Shown piece after piece: positions 1 through 13,000 of a stretch of DNA of 64,000 nt. Below the pieces are notes generated by a model. That model was not told the DNA's origin, made no database searches, and was given only the letters and a program-made list of their open reading frames with translations. Location: contig CM082581.2 of NCBI GenBank assembly GCA_040954595.2, positions 9,854,999 to 9,918,998 on the forward strand. Direction: 5' to 3'. Every line of letters starts with the position of its first letter. Within the stretch, counting starts at the first letter, position 1. The stretch comes from Balanoglossus misakiensis (Eukaryota; Animalia; Hemichordata). The translations under genes were made by a program, and so were the position numbers.

Positions 1-3000
1 TCACTGGAAGCCTGTATGAATACTACTGCCATAACCACTATTCCAGAGGGAGAGCGGAATGAGTCGTTGTTAATGTTAGGAGCAACTGCCGGAATGAGAT
101 TGGTAGAGTAAGTATGAAGCAACAACAAAATGTTCAAAATTGTCATGAAGGTATCCCTCCTCCATCAAACTGCACATGCCAACAGACCAAGACATTTTCA
201 CAACCAAGAAATCCAAATCATGTCTTCAGAATCACTTCTTTGTATCGATACTAATCAGAGCAAGTTTCTTTTTGTGATTCAGAAAAGAAAATGAGTCGGT
301 CAGTGACGCCATCTTGTCATCAGTCCGCAACACCTTAGCATCTTACCCCTTCAGTCTGATCGATGTCTCTATAATATCAGGGGAAGAGGAAGGCTCGTTC
401 TCCTGGGTCACTGTCAACTATCTTCTGGGAAACTTTGCTAAGGTACGTAACACTAGACGGGGATGGGGTGATTCACCCCCTGTTAACATGTTGGCACCCT
501 CAGCAATATTTCAGGGGGACCAGCACCCCTTACAATGATGATGTCACATGTAGGAGATATTACAGTCCCCCATTCCAGAGTGAAATCCCTCAAAGTATTC
601 TGGCAACAGGAGGACAATCCCCCCCTGTTAATGTCATTCCAGATGGAACACTTGAATCAAACTGGAATGAAAACAATTCTGATCCCCATTCATCTTTGAA
701 CTCTATACACTGTATTCCATGATTAATTTTATTTACTGTGCAAGAATATGACGTAGTAAAAACACAGCTAGTACACGAGACAAATATTTGCCAATTCCTG
801 CCACTGACTCAAGACTTTTAATTAGGCCGCTGAAACAAATAGACAAAGTACACTTTGCAGTGGTTGTTTTCGTTTGCCGTGAATGCATGCCAAACTTTGC
901 GTAAAAGCTCATCCAATGTTAGTGTTACACACCTTTGTTTTTTTTACTGAAAAATCTTTTCAAAAAATTGTCTTTTGACTTCTGTTATTTCTGGGATGTT
1001 TGACCAAGCTTTCTTTACCTCAGGTTTTCACTATAATGCTGAGATATGGGAGGGATTGGTCAACAACCATCAGCACAATATTGCTTTCAGTTTCACTACT
1101 ACATTGTATTATATTCACAAGGAAGGAAGTATGTTTTCCTTGTAAATGTATACAAAAATCTCATTATAATTCCGTTGTAATCCTACCTGTAGAGGGCGCT
1201 TGCGATTAGAAGCACCTCCAGGCCATTTTGTACATATGGGTATAACAGAAGTGATAATGCTTGTATATTTCTAACACAGGGACCTGCCTCACTTTTATCA
1301 ACGTTTGTATCGGAACCAACACAGTTCACAGTAGGAGCTATGGACATGGGTGGAGCATCACTACAGATAACCTTTGTGCCAGAAAACATCGCCACGGTTC
1401 CTGCAGAGTATACTAGATATTTAAAACTATATGGTGATGACTATACAGTTTATACTCACAGTTATCTGTGCTATGGTATCAGAGAAGCTGAAAGGAGATT
1501 TCTTGCAAATCTTGTGAAGGTATGATTATGATTTTAATTTTCACAGTTTGAAAATTGCATCTACTTCTCACTTTAAGAATCAATAGTTAGATGTGATAAT
1601 TATTACGTGCGCGTCCCACCTAAATAAAACAAATTTGATTATATTTCCTTTTTCAGGATGCGGGTACTAGCAACATTGTTGCCAATCCATGTGCACCTGC
1701 TGGCCACTCGGAGAATCGCTCGGCAGAATATCTGTTCGAAGCCTACTGCAGCAAGGGACTGCAGGCACTCAAGGCCTGGGGTTCAGAGGTCACACTGTCA
1801 GCAGATCTCAGCAATAATGCCAGTGATCTTTACTTCACCATAGAGGGCAGTAGTAATCCAAAGGAATGTGCCGACCAAGTTGGCAAGTTGTTCAACACCA
1901 CTGCTTTCAAGGATGCTTACAAAGCTCCTGTCTATGGGCAATATTATGTAAGTTTGTGCATAATTATTTTGTCTACATAGCCATGGCCATTACTCTGCCG
2001 TGAAGTGCTGTTCAAGGATTAGATGATCATGTTGCAGTATTTTGATCCATCACCTGTAAATACTTGATTGTGTCTGCTTGAGTCTGTGATGAAACTGCTC
2101 AACTATTATTATCGTGAAACCAATCGACTTCTTATACATGCTCTCATCTGATTTGCATTATGTCTGTCTTTTTTTTGTCTGACAGGCTTTCAGTACTTTT
2201 TACTACACAACAAATTTTTTGAATCTCAGTCATGATGCAAGCCTGAAGCAGTTCAACAGTACTATGGAAGTTTTTTGTAAGAAGACATGGGATCAGGTGA
2301 TTGAATTGTTGAACTTTCATTCTGTACACTATGAAAACCTAAATGGCTAAGATGTGAAAATGAACGAAACACAGGTGTGACACTGGTGTCTGCTGTTATA
2401 TTACCTGTTCTGAGAAGAGACTTTAGCCAGGGTGAAATACAAGTAGAATTTAATGAATGAATATTCTTTCTCATTTATTCTACAGGTTAAGGTCATGCCA
2501 ACAGAGGAGCCTTCATTATTAGCTGCGTATTGCTTCCAAGCAGAATATATATTTACCTTTTTAACTGATCCAAACTCATATCATTTCACAGAAGAAACTT
2601 GGAACTTTGAATTTACAAATAAAGTGAGTTTCTAAGAATAGCCCCATCAACTTGTCGTCAGAGTAACTGTAAGAATATGAGATAAAGGGACAAGACAAAA
2701 TAGTACAGACAGGATTGATTTCAAGGTTATTTGGAAAGTCCTTAAAAGTTGTGGAATTAATTTAAGACTACCTGCAGGAAGTCCTTGAGTTAGTTGTGTA
2801 ATGTGCCATAACATTGATTGATCCAAAGTAGTTATGCAAAGTTTTAGAAAACTGATTCAGTGTGTCATGTGAACATATTTTTTTCTGTCTTCTCAGGTTG
2901 CTGGATCCAATCTGGGTTGGTCTCTGGGTTTTATGATCAACACCACAAACATCATCCCTACAGAGTATGGACCCACTACAGGGCATCGCATGGACACCCA

Positions 3001-3133
3001 TGCATACTATGTCCTCTTAGTTTTATTCAGCATTATTCTCGCTGTGGGTCTATCATTTGTTGCCTATGCGTGCGTCAAAAACAGGTCTAAGGCATCTGCG
3101 TACAGAAATGTAGCACGATATGGAGCTATCTAA
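1..3133 (+). CDS. Ectonucleoside triphosphate diphosphohydrolase (CD39/GDA1 apyrase family, NTPDase1/2/3/8-like), 5'-truncated by the window edge; exons <1-107, 283-442, 1280-1519, 1657-1947, 2186-2296, 2486-2623, 2897-3133
   Basis: Manual translation shows apyrase conserved regions LGATAGMR, IISGEEEGSFSWVTVNYLLG, GAMDMGGASLQITF, YTHSYLCYG and GWSLGFM, plus a C-terminal TM helix (YYVLLVLFSIILAVGLSFVAY). All introns are GT-AG with consistent phases. The exact ENTPD paralog cannot be assigned. Confidence 0.93.
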
Positions 3134-4525
3134 TTCAGTTATGATTTTTGCATGTTTCACTTTCTGTACCCTTGCAACTCCAGTTAACACAAAAGATTTC
3201 CTTATGAGCATATCATTACAACTCATTTTGGCAGCTTACTTAAAGTGCCACTTACTTTAGTATTAGTATTAAATCTCAATTAGAATTATTTTGCACATGG
3301 AAATATATTAGAGGCACTACGTATAGCAAGGAATGATGAAAATTAGTCCAAGTATGTAGATAGTAACAGAAAGACTCAAATTATACTTTTAGGAAATATT
3401 TTCACCTGGGATATGCTTGAATGTTTTTATACTCTAATGGGGAAAGTGTGCAAAAGAAAAAAAATAGATTGTTGTAAATATAACTAGCTGTAAAAAAACT
3501 ACTTTAAAAGCTGATAGTTTCTAAGAGAAGTCATGGGTGGAAATTTTTTCGAGTTTTAACTTTTTTAATAACATCGCATCTCTTTATCCAGACGGATGCT
3601 GGTCTGGCATGTTTTTTAGAACTTTAGAAAATTGAATTCTGTAAGTTCTTCTGGTGTTGTGCGGTCATAGGTAGATTGATACAGGAAGTGACCGGTTACT
3701 GTTCATACAGAAATATGGTAGAATGTATTGTAATTGACCACGGGTTTTGCAAAGACATTGCAATATAGGTCTCTGCTGGCATTGTTGATCATGTACACAG
3801 AAATCAGTTGTAAGGAGAATTCCGTTTCCAGAATCATTATTCCATGGTAGGTACCTGGGCAACTTGATTCCAAATGTTTATAAAGTGAGTCTTCCCCACT
3901 GCACAACAGTGACCAACTTTTTAGTCCCTGCGGACAACGTCCAGGGTACTTCAGATTGGGCTCTGTTTATGTGTGTATGTATGCGTGTGTGGCGATCAGC
4001 CTCTCCAGAGCCATTACTGAGCATGCTTTAAGGGTCCACTATGTTACTTACCCATGTATGCACTCACTCCATCTACAGTACTGTACTACATTAACAATGT
4101 AGTTGATCCAATCGAACAAAGCAATAACTTTGTATCCCCACCTTCACCAGAGGTGATCGTCATCTCAAAATCCCTGTGCTTAAGAATTGACTAATCTCTT
4201 GATTTTGTCAGGTATTTTATTTATTTTCAGCTCTTTCTTTACAACATTTGATCAAAAAATCATTTGCTGATGTTGTATGTAATTGTGGTCTTTGTTTCAA
4301 ATATGCAATATTTATACAAGTAGACGAGGCAGCATAAACTGTTATGTCTTTAATGAAACTGACTGAATTTGGATTACAAATCTGTGTACAGTAATTTTTG
4401 TATTGGGTAAAACCAATAAAAAATACCATATTTCTATATAAAAAAAAAAACTTTGCTAAAATAATAAGTTATATCCGAATTTAAAGTATGCAGCACGTTG
4501 CGCTATAATTTGCACTTAGCATTAT

Positions 4526-4575
4526 TCTTGGGTTATGTAAAGCACATCACTCTTGGGTTATGTAAAGCACATCAC
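4526..4575. repeat. Exact 25-bp tandem duplication (tcttgggttatgtaaagcacatcac x2) in the putative IDUA 3' UTR
   Basis: Read directly from the sequence. Confidence 0.9.
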
Positions 4576-4675
4576 CCAATCAGAAGCAATATAACAGCAC
4601 CACATTGTGTATCTCTTATTTTTGAAGCATGCATCTTCAGTGTGTAACTGATTTCCCCATCACATTCTGCAGGGA

Positions 4676-7600
4676 TCAGAGTTTCAGTTGTACAGGTATG
4701 GAGTATTCTCCAGCAACATTCCAGTAGTCTACAGCTCGAACTCTGTAGAAACCGGCAATGGGAAATTTGTCTGAAAGAGAAATGCAGAAAAATGTTAGGT
4801 GATATTTCAGTGTCTGTGACGGTGAGTTGTAAATATCAGTGTTTGGTTGTACATGTACGTAAGGATCAGGTATGAGGGCATGGCTCATCAAAAGCCATAT
4901 AACCTCTGAATCAACCAATCCACATCAGCAAACATTAGACTGTCTTACCCTGACTCGAGCTGACTGGTGAATACAGATACGACGTAAATATCAAATCTAT
5001 ATCATTGATCCTCTTGTATGGCCCCTGAGCACTCTGCGCTGAAAACTCCACCTCGAATGTCTTGATACACTTGGAGTTGACGCAGCCATCGTCCCATATG
5101 ATCAAGACATCTTGGTTAATGATGTTGTGAAGACGAACACTAGTTACCTGCAACAAACCAATATACAAGTATTCATACATGTAGGCAAGCCAATTTTCTT
5201 TACCATGGTCTCTGGTAGGGTTTTATACAATGGGTGCACATAGTGCAACTTTCAGAAAAAATGTCCAGCTTGCCTCTATGACTGGGCTTCAATCACAAAC
5301 AGGCCTCGTGGCGTTTGCAATACAGTGTCAGAATTGTGATGAGAATGTAATGGGATAGTTTACTATTACCTGGTCAGGTGGCACTTCTGGCTTCTCACAA
5401 ATGTGAACCAGTACAACCCCGGGCATGTTTAATGTTATTTGCATGTGGGCTGTACTTTGTGTGAAAGGTTTGGCATCCTGAACTCTCACTGGTTCCTGTA
5501 AAGAAACAAACGTGGCTATAACAATGTCCATTATCACACCTGTGATGCTGGACATTTTTATCCGCAGTTTCATTATCACTATCTAGCAGTGATTATCTCC
5601 CACTGTATATCTCACCTGTTCATTTCTCAACTTTCTGAACTCGTCTTTCGTTGGGAAGACTGGTTTTCCCATCTTTTCCCACAGTGCACTTGGATTACCA
5701 TTTTGATTGTCGATGAGATAAACAGCATACAACAGGTTACCTTTAAATGGGCAAACAAGACCAGAAATTCAGTTAAAATGGCTAGCTGAAAATAGCCAAA
5801 AACTAGAATCACTTTATCTTTGATTCATATCTACGCATGAAAGGGTTAAGTTCAATGTACTTACTGTTTCTTCTGTACTTCATTTTGTCAAAAAGTGGTA
5901 AATTCAGCACAATGTTGTCCTGTCCGAAGGACGGACTCGTGTCATCACTGTTGTAGATCAGGATAGCTGCTTGCCAACTGAAATGTCCAAAAGAGGAGAG
6001 GCAGGTGAGACAATGAGGTTGCTAGGGAGGCAGCAGAGAGGGGTGAAAGGTCAAATGTCAGATGAAGATAAGCCTGACCTGTCAGCTGTGCCGTTGAAAG
6101 TCGGTATGTGCTGTGATGCGATTACTCCAATATTGCTTGTATTGCCTACAGAGGAGCCATTCACTGCAAAACCAGAACATTCTTTCATTAGCAACTTTAC
6201 ACTGATAATTATTATTCTAAGGGATACATTCATTCTGAAATGCAAGTCCCAAATTATTCCTTAGAGAGTGCATGTACCAGCTAGACAGAATATCTACAGA
6301 AAATGTTAATTTTACTGTGCAGGTATAATTTACATCCATAAGTATTATACCTGCATATCATACATGTAGAATGTATTTTTATGCAGATCCTAGCTTCCGG
6401 TATCACTCTGCCAATTGACAGTGAAACATGATCTGCAAAACAGAATAGACGCATACTGTGGATTTGAAGGCAGCATCCAAAATGTACATGTACATGTACC
6501 TGTCACTGTGGCTGGGAGCTGTTCTTCGCCAAGCAAAGCCAGCAATCCCATCACGCTCAGCACAGGTTTCTTGACGAACTGCACACTTGCTGGTTTGGTA
6601 TGGTTCATCTGAAAGCGTGCCACCAGTGTCCTCTGGTCGAAGAAGTGAGGGTTGTAATTCAGGAAGCCGTTGTCGTTGCTCAAGAGTGCATAGTTGATAT
6701 TGTTGCCTGGTTTGCTCAAGATGAGGTTTTGATGCTGAGCTATGATCTGTATAGTCGAGACACAAGCTGGGTTAATTCATACTCTAAATAATACCTGATC
6801 AGTATACAGCGTGCCTTCTTAGCCAATATGATATGCCAGTCCTGGAAGTAATTGCTTTAATTCGATTCAAAGTTTCCAAAAACTAGATAGCATATCAAAA
6901 TATATTTGACTAACTGTAAGTGTTGTATCAGAAACACACTATTTGCAGAGGGACAAAGAGACATATGTCACATGAATGCCAGCGTAAAGACAAGAGATTT
7001 TCATGCAAGTCTTTCCATTGGGACTTAGAAGCTCAGAAACTGTTGTTTTGTTCTTCAGCAGCCATGTTTGTGTTACCTTAGCAACTACAGCAGCATATCT
7101 GGCATCTGCCCTCCAGTCTTCACCTTTATGCCAGCCAACCAAGGGATCGCCTTCACTGTGAGTGTGAAGATAAGACAAAATCTAATTCGGTGTTTTTTTA
7201 ACATCTCCAGCATCCTATAAACCATCATTCTGCATAGAACTACTTACTCATTATAGATAGGCACACTGGTTAATCCGGGGTGTAGTGTCTGCATCCTCTG
7301 AATGGTCTCCAACTCTGTGTTCAGTAAAAATGACGATGACCCTTCACCCTAACAATGAATCAACCACCACATACATGGGTAAATATACATATACAGATAC
7401 ATTGGGATGTGGACTGATTGCATTGCATTGTATTGAATTGTATCCTACCATATTCCAATATGGGGGACTTGTTATATGCATAAGACCTATTCCATTTGAT
7501 TACCTTGTGGTGAATCGCAATGAAGTCAATCCTGACACCAGTCTCTCCTGTGAAGTAGTTCTTGCCACTTTCACAATGTTCCAGTAATGCCCAGCACCTG

Positions 7601-9128
7601 GGTGATTGGGGAGGGTCTTTGCAACCCCCTCCTGGACCCCCAAACTTCAACAGCGGACTTGCCGCTTTCAGGCCCTCTGAGCACGCATCGTAGTAGTTGA
7701 GAAATCCTTTGAACAGATTGATATTTCAGTTTAGGATGGAAGGTGATAAGAATGAGTTTTTGCTGAAAGCCTGCACCACGGTGGGTTTGACATACTGCAT
7801 TATTCAATATTCTATGTCACATGTATACAAAGTATGTATCCATCCACATTTTAGTGGACTAAATGTAAACAGGACTAGTACAATTCAGTCATCTACCAGT
7901 AGTATAAATCCTGATGTCTATACCTTGTGCGGAGACATTGAGATCATCAAAATCATGCGTATCTGGTTCATTCCAAGTTTCAAAGTTCCACAGGGAGACA
8001 TATCCTAGTCCATATTGATCTAGGAGAGAGAGAGTTAAACGTGACCAACTCGGGATGATTTACCTTGCACAGAAATGTTGGTGTTGTCGAAGTCCCGGTG
8101 GTCGGGCTCATTCCAAGTTTCAAAGTTCCACTGTGACACAAAACTTAAGCCGTACCGATCTGTTGGGTTGAAGCGAAAGCCCATGGATGCAGCCCATTGT
8201 GGGCTGGATCGCGTATTACCTGCACTCCCCCAACCCCATGCAATGGAATGGCCCTCTTACTCAGTTACCAACTACACCACACACATGCCATTAACGGTGA
8301 ATTGAACTGTTTGGAATTGGTGGGTGGATAAAACATGCACCTAATGAAACTACCACTTAGCAACCACAGTGGAGTGACATATGCCAATGAGAAACTTCCA
8401 TCCATGCATTAATGTTTGTACATGCCATTAAGTTTAACCTCTTGATTCCAGATCCCATTCATTTGACCTTCGCTAAATGATGATGGTAAGTTCGATTCCC
8501 ATAACTGCTCATGAAATTGACAAGTTATCTTACCAACGTCTTATTAGTGTGTCAAGTGTTACTTTGTTGAAAACAACAGAAATGGAATTCATGTGATATT
8601 TTCAGAGCTTTTGCATGCATTGCACATGAAAAAAATGCTTCTAACTGAAAAGTATGTCATATACATGTATAGAATGTGGAAGATCTTATAAAACTTTTCA
8701 GTAATTTTTGTGTTGTTTATATTTCACATGTTTTACTCACCTGTTATATTTAGCATTTTTACACTTAAACATTGTTTAATGCTCTAACACTTTGTTTATT
8801 TTCATTCATATTTTTACAATAATATATAACTATGATGATAACCATCAGTTGAGAATTTGAAAGCATTGTGAAATTTGACTTACCTATGTATCGCTTTGCA
8901 AGGGCTGTTACAAGGTCTTTCCATTCCCGGACTTGTTTGTCGTCATCAAATGTCCGGAAGTGGCTTGATGGATTGCCCATGATTTCAAATCCTGGTTTAA
9001 GGTTGTTTTGCCACAGGAGATCGATGAGTTGGTCCAGCAGAGTGAAGTTGTAACTCAGGGTGCCATTTACTGTCCTGAAAAGTAGAAAGTTACCAAAGAG
9101 ACTATCATGATGGTGGTGATGATGATGG

Positions 9129-9160
<32 letters not shown>

Positions 9161-9191
9161 GTGATGGTGGTGGTGGTGGTGGTGGTGGTGG

Positions 9192-9277
<86 letters not shown>

Positions 9278-9328
9278 GTGGTGGTGATGGTGGTGGTGGT
9301 GGTGGTGGTGGTGGCGATGATGGTGATG

Positions 9329-9413
<85 letters not shown>

Positions 9414-9852
9414 CATCATGGATCACTACACTAATACAAGTGACATGTACACACTTACGTCAGTTTAACCATGTCCAGTAACCAGTGAATTCTGACCTGT
9501 TCTATACCACTGTGTGGAACTGAACTGATGTAGGCCAGATTTTGTACTTCATCATCACTGAGAAAGTACTTGAAATCTTCTTGGTGAGGCTCTGGCGGAC
9601 TAAAATAGAAAAAAAATCTCTGTAAACGTTAAGTACACGGGGGTACCATCTTATTATCCATGGTTTAATCATCTTCATGAAAAACAAGCGACTGTACACT
9701 TACCAGAAACCAGTACTTTTCCAGAAGTGGGTTAACTTTGCCACAGCATCACTTTGCACTGTAATATTGTACAGCGTTTTGGGTTCAACGACGAGTATGA
9801 GTGAATAACCAAGAGTTATCAACAAACTGGTGGATTTTGTTTTCGTAAACAT
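4676..9852 (-). CDS. IDUA: Alpha-L-iduronidase (GH39), about 649 aa; exons 9852-9704, 9599-9459, 9074-8884, [8159-8064 or 8019-7924], 7706-7504, 7348-7248, 7155-7077, 6746-6500, 6163-6079, 5977-5865, 5740-5616, 5495-5370, 5147-4949, 4770-4676
   Basis: Signal-peptide-like N-terminus followed by [45 protein letters not shown] (acid/base Glu), [26 protein letters not shown] (nucleophile Glu), [21 protein letters not shown] (conserved N-glycan sequon) and C-terminal YRVRAVDYW. Splice phases give a continuous ORF. Confidence 0.96.
7924..8019 (-). CDS. IDUA: IDUA exon 4, copy B: (D)[31 protein letters not shown](G)
   Basis: Acceptor ctctctctcctag, donor AAG|gtatag, 96 nt, phase 1-1, open frame, clearly paralogous to copy A. 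Confidence 0.85.
8064..8159 (-). CDS. IDUA: IDUA exon 4, copy A: (D)[31 protein letters not shown](G)
   Basis: Acceptor cccaacag, donor AAG|gtaaat, 96 nt, phase 1-1, open frame. Confidence 0.9.
9107..9413. repeat. Compound (GAT)n/(GGT)n trinucleotide microsatellite filling most of IDUA intron 2
   Basis: About 300 bp of gat/ggt triplets; it produces the spurious poly-M, poly-I and poly-S ORFs. Confidence 0.97.
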
Positions 9853-9999
9853 AATAGTAGTACAACTTCGAAGTCACCCTGATCGATTGCTGTCCGCCTG
9901 GTCTCAGTCCACTGTGGCTATATATCTATATTGTGTATACGAAGTCACTAAACTGCACTGGTACTGTTCAGGAACGCCCACATTTTCTGTGCAGTCAAT

Positions 10000-10007
10000 T
10001 CATGTGA
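10000..10007. promoter_or_regulatory. M-box/CLEAR-like element (TCATGTGA) about 150 bp upstream of the IDUA ATG
   Basis: Motif match only. MiT/TFE factors bind TCAYGTGA in lysosomal gene promoters. Confidence 0.3.
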
Positions 10008-13000
10008 TGTACATCCGGTCAGCAGTCAGGAAACGTTATAAAAGACTGAGATCCCGTACTTCCCCCCACCGGGTCACCATGCTCCAGATCACTGTTGTTG
10101 ACTAGCGACTAAACCCTCCAATGAACTTTGACCTCCATGACCCACATCTTTAAGCAGTAGCGCCACCAGTAGATTGTCGAATTGCACACTTTTGTTTTTT
10201 TTTGTGTGCAGGTACCGTTCTTCCTATTTATACAGAAAGTCAAGAAGTAAGCTCGCTCCCTCTTTATATCGTAATTATTCTGTCCTCGCTCCCCTCCCTA
10301 GGTAAAACGCAATGGCAGCAAGGAGAAGGGCTTGAAATGAATAAAAAAGTTAAGGCCCAAATACATCCTTTAAGCAGACTGGTTGGTGGCAAAAATGGCA
10401 ACATTGATTATTTAACAAAACGAGAGCCTCAGCTGCGCTAACGTGGAATCAAAATCTAATTATTACACCAATTGACCCGATCGCACCGGTTAACGATTTA
10501 ACAATCAATCATTAAAACCCCAAGGCTTGCTCATTTTGCACGAAATTGCCTTGCAACTTTATCTATTCTTTGTTCAAAATTACACTTTTCAGCGATATGT
10601 TCTCGATTATTATCGCTATTATCCCGATACACTCATTAATTCACTTACTTTGGGCTCTCCCGTCAAAATGACATTTAAATACCACTCTACGAAATGTCAC
10701 ATTCAGAATTACTATACTTTTTGTTTTAGGCCCTGTCATTGTTGAGGAAGTAGGCCCGGAAGTCTTAGAATCTATATCTTTAGTTTCCTTGATCGAACGA
10801 CTTTCACTTTAATTTCTTCATCAGCAAAGCCATTCAAAAACTACCCACTGCACATCGTTACATCGAACATAAAAGATCCAAATTCTTGATAGTTTTCTTC
10901 TTCAAAGTCTGTTCCTTTCAGAAACAATATACACGTACGTTTTCTTTTTTGCAGTTCAGTGATTTCGGTTGATGTACGGTGATGTACCTACATTCTTCTT
11001 TGTTTTTTTCTTCGCCAATCGCGCCATTACAAGGCCCACTGATTAGAACTTCTGCTCTTTTGAATCTTTGATGAGTTTAAACTCTGTTTTGAAGTCTCGC
11101 TTCATTGCCATAGGCACCCGCAGATAGCAATATCAATCAGACTTTCGTTCATAATCGTTCTGATGGATCTCTACGACGCTTAGCTGAAATGTGAAAGTTC
11201 TAGAATTACACCATTAGACATATTGGAAGACGAACAAACTAAGGTAATTGATAGAGCTCGTCATGATAGCAGAGTATAGAATCACACGCATGAGATCGAA
11301 GACTTACTTTATGCTCAAGCGGTAAAGTTGAACTTTGGAATCGGGGACAGAATGGAAAATTTCCATTTCTGTTTTGTAGAGTGCATAACTTAGTAAAACC
11401 TGCATCCAGACGCTAATGCATGTAAAAGTCGCGTCTTTGACAGTTCTGTTTTATAGTAAAGATTTTCCCCTTCTGTTAACTTGATAAAATAATGCAGAAT
11501 GACTCGTTTCAGAGGTCTACTCACGCTATGTGTGGACAGAATGTGTCTATATATTTCGTTAGTGGTAATAAATATTTATACAACAGTTTGCTCTCGAACG
11601 AAAATTGTATACCGAATGGCCCATAACACTACGTTTAGGCGCCACCATAAAATAAAACAGCGTCTCGCATAAAATACAATTATCTTAAATGATTTTCAAA
11701 ATGATAACGATCCCCCCCCCCCCCCCACAATAGTCATGTTATCCATAAAGATCGCCAGCTTTATTGAGGTCTCAATTCAATCAAGTTTTATCACGCTTTC
11801 TGCAGATGGCATATTGATGGCTTGTCTTAATGACAGATAACTGAAGATGAATTGCAATTGTTCATGATCTCATTTGATTTCTAGTTTGTTATGGGCCGTC
11901 TCAACTAAACGTTGATTCCCTTCGATATACACCATGTAAATATACATGTAGCCTTTTATCGCAATTCCACAGACAGCGAAATGAACGAGAATTCTAGTAC
12001 GTGATGCTGAATATGTGTACAGTGACAGTAGCCAAAAGAACCGTTTAAAATTAACATGATACGGCGATTTCAACCCAAAATGATACGGAAGACACTTGCA
12101 TCGCATCGGATCCGATCTGTTTATTTTATCTAATTGAATGCATCGGGCAATTAGAGAGAAGAGTGCCCCATCAGTCATTCTCGTAAATCAGTCAATCCGT
12201 GTCTCTTTTCTTGAGAGCATCGTTTTCATAAATCTATCGCTACAGGAATAATTATCAATTATTCATGGCTCGGATCAGACGACCGATCCGGCGGCGCGTC
12301 GGCACCAAAGCACCTTATTTTCAGCAAGAAAGAAGATGAGATAATGACTGCACTATATGTACCGCCGATCGGATGAACATCCGAACGGGGAGTGGGACTA
12401 TCTCGTTTAGAAATGACAAACGTAGTCAGTTTCCAAGGCTGGCGGGGGAGTTGATTTCGACGTCGTACAATTAATAGATATTACCCGCGGTGAATTTTCT
12501 GTTCCCTTCAGTCACGTAATCCTTTGTTTAAATTCGTATTGCTCTGTGCGTTTGTCACTTTAGTAGCCCTGAGCCTGTAAAGGCGACCCGCAGCGCGAAT
12601 CCAGCTTGATCGTCCACCCATGTCCCGTAAGGAATCGACGCTTTCATCCCACGCGAATCCAGACTCAACCGAATTAACATGTATACAGACGTTGCCGTGT
12701 GCTTTATTGACAATCGCTGCGTTTATATAAAAAAACAGTCTAATGATTCTGACATTTCTGACTGAAGAAGAAATTGCCGCGGCAATATCTCTGACGATCA
12801 GATTCGAAAAGCGGGGAGGAAAATTAAAACGAACGCGGGTGACGTGAAAAAGCGCATGTAATCATCTGTCATGCTACGTATTGTACGTCGAAATTTACCG
12901 TTAAAACAACAATTAGCGTGTAAACGTGTTTTGTCTATGAACTTTATTTATTCCGATATTCGCTTTTATGTTGAGCAACGACGGATTGTAATCGTCAATG

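Noticed and set aside
8485-8505. B-box-like GTTCGATTCC suggesting a tRNA or SINE
   Set aside because: No cloverleaf, A-box or acceptor stem could be built.
9067-9481. Poly-Ile, poly-Ser/Pro and poly-Met ORFs
   Set aside because: These are translations of an intronic triplet microsatellite.
10780-11030. Coding-looking purine-rich stretch on the minus strand (KGTDFEEENYQEFGSF)
   Set aside because: Interrupted by stops in the frames examined, with no recognisable homology.
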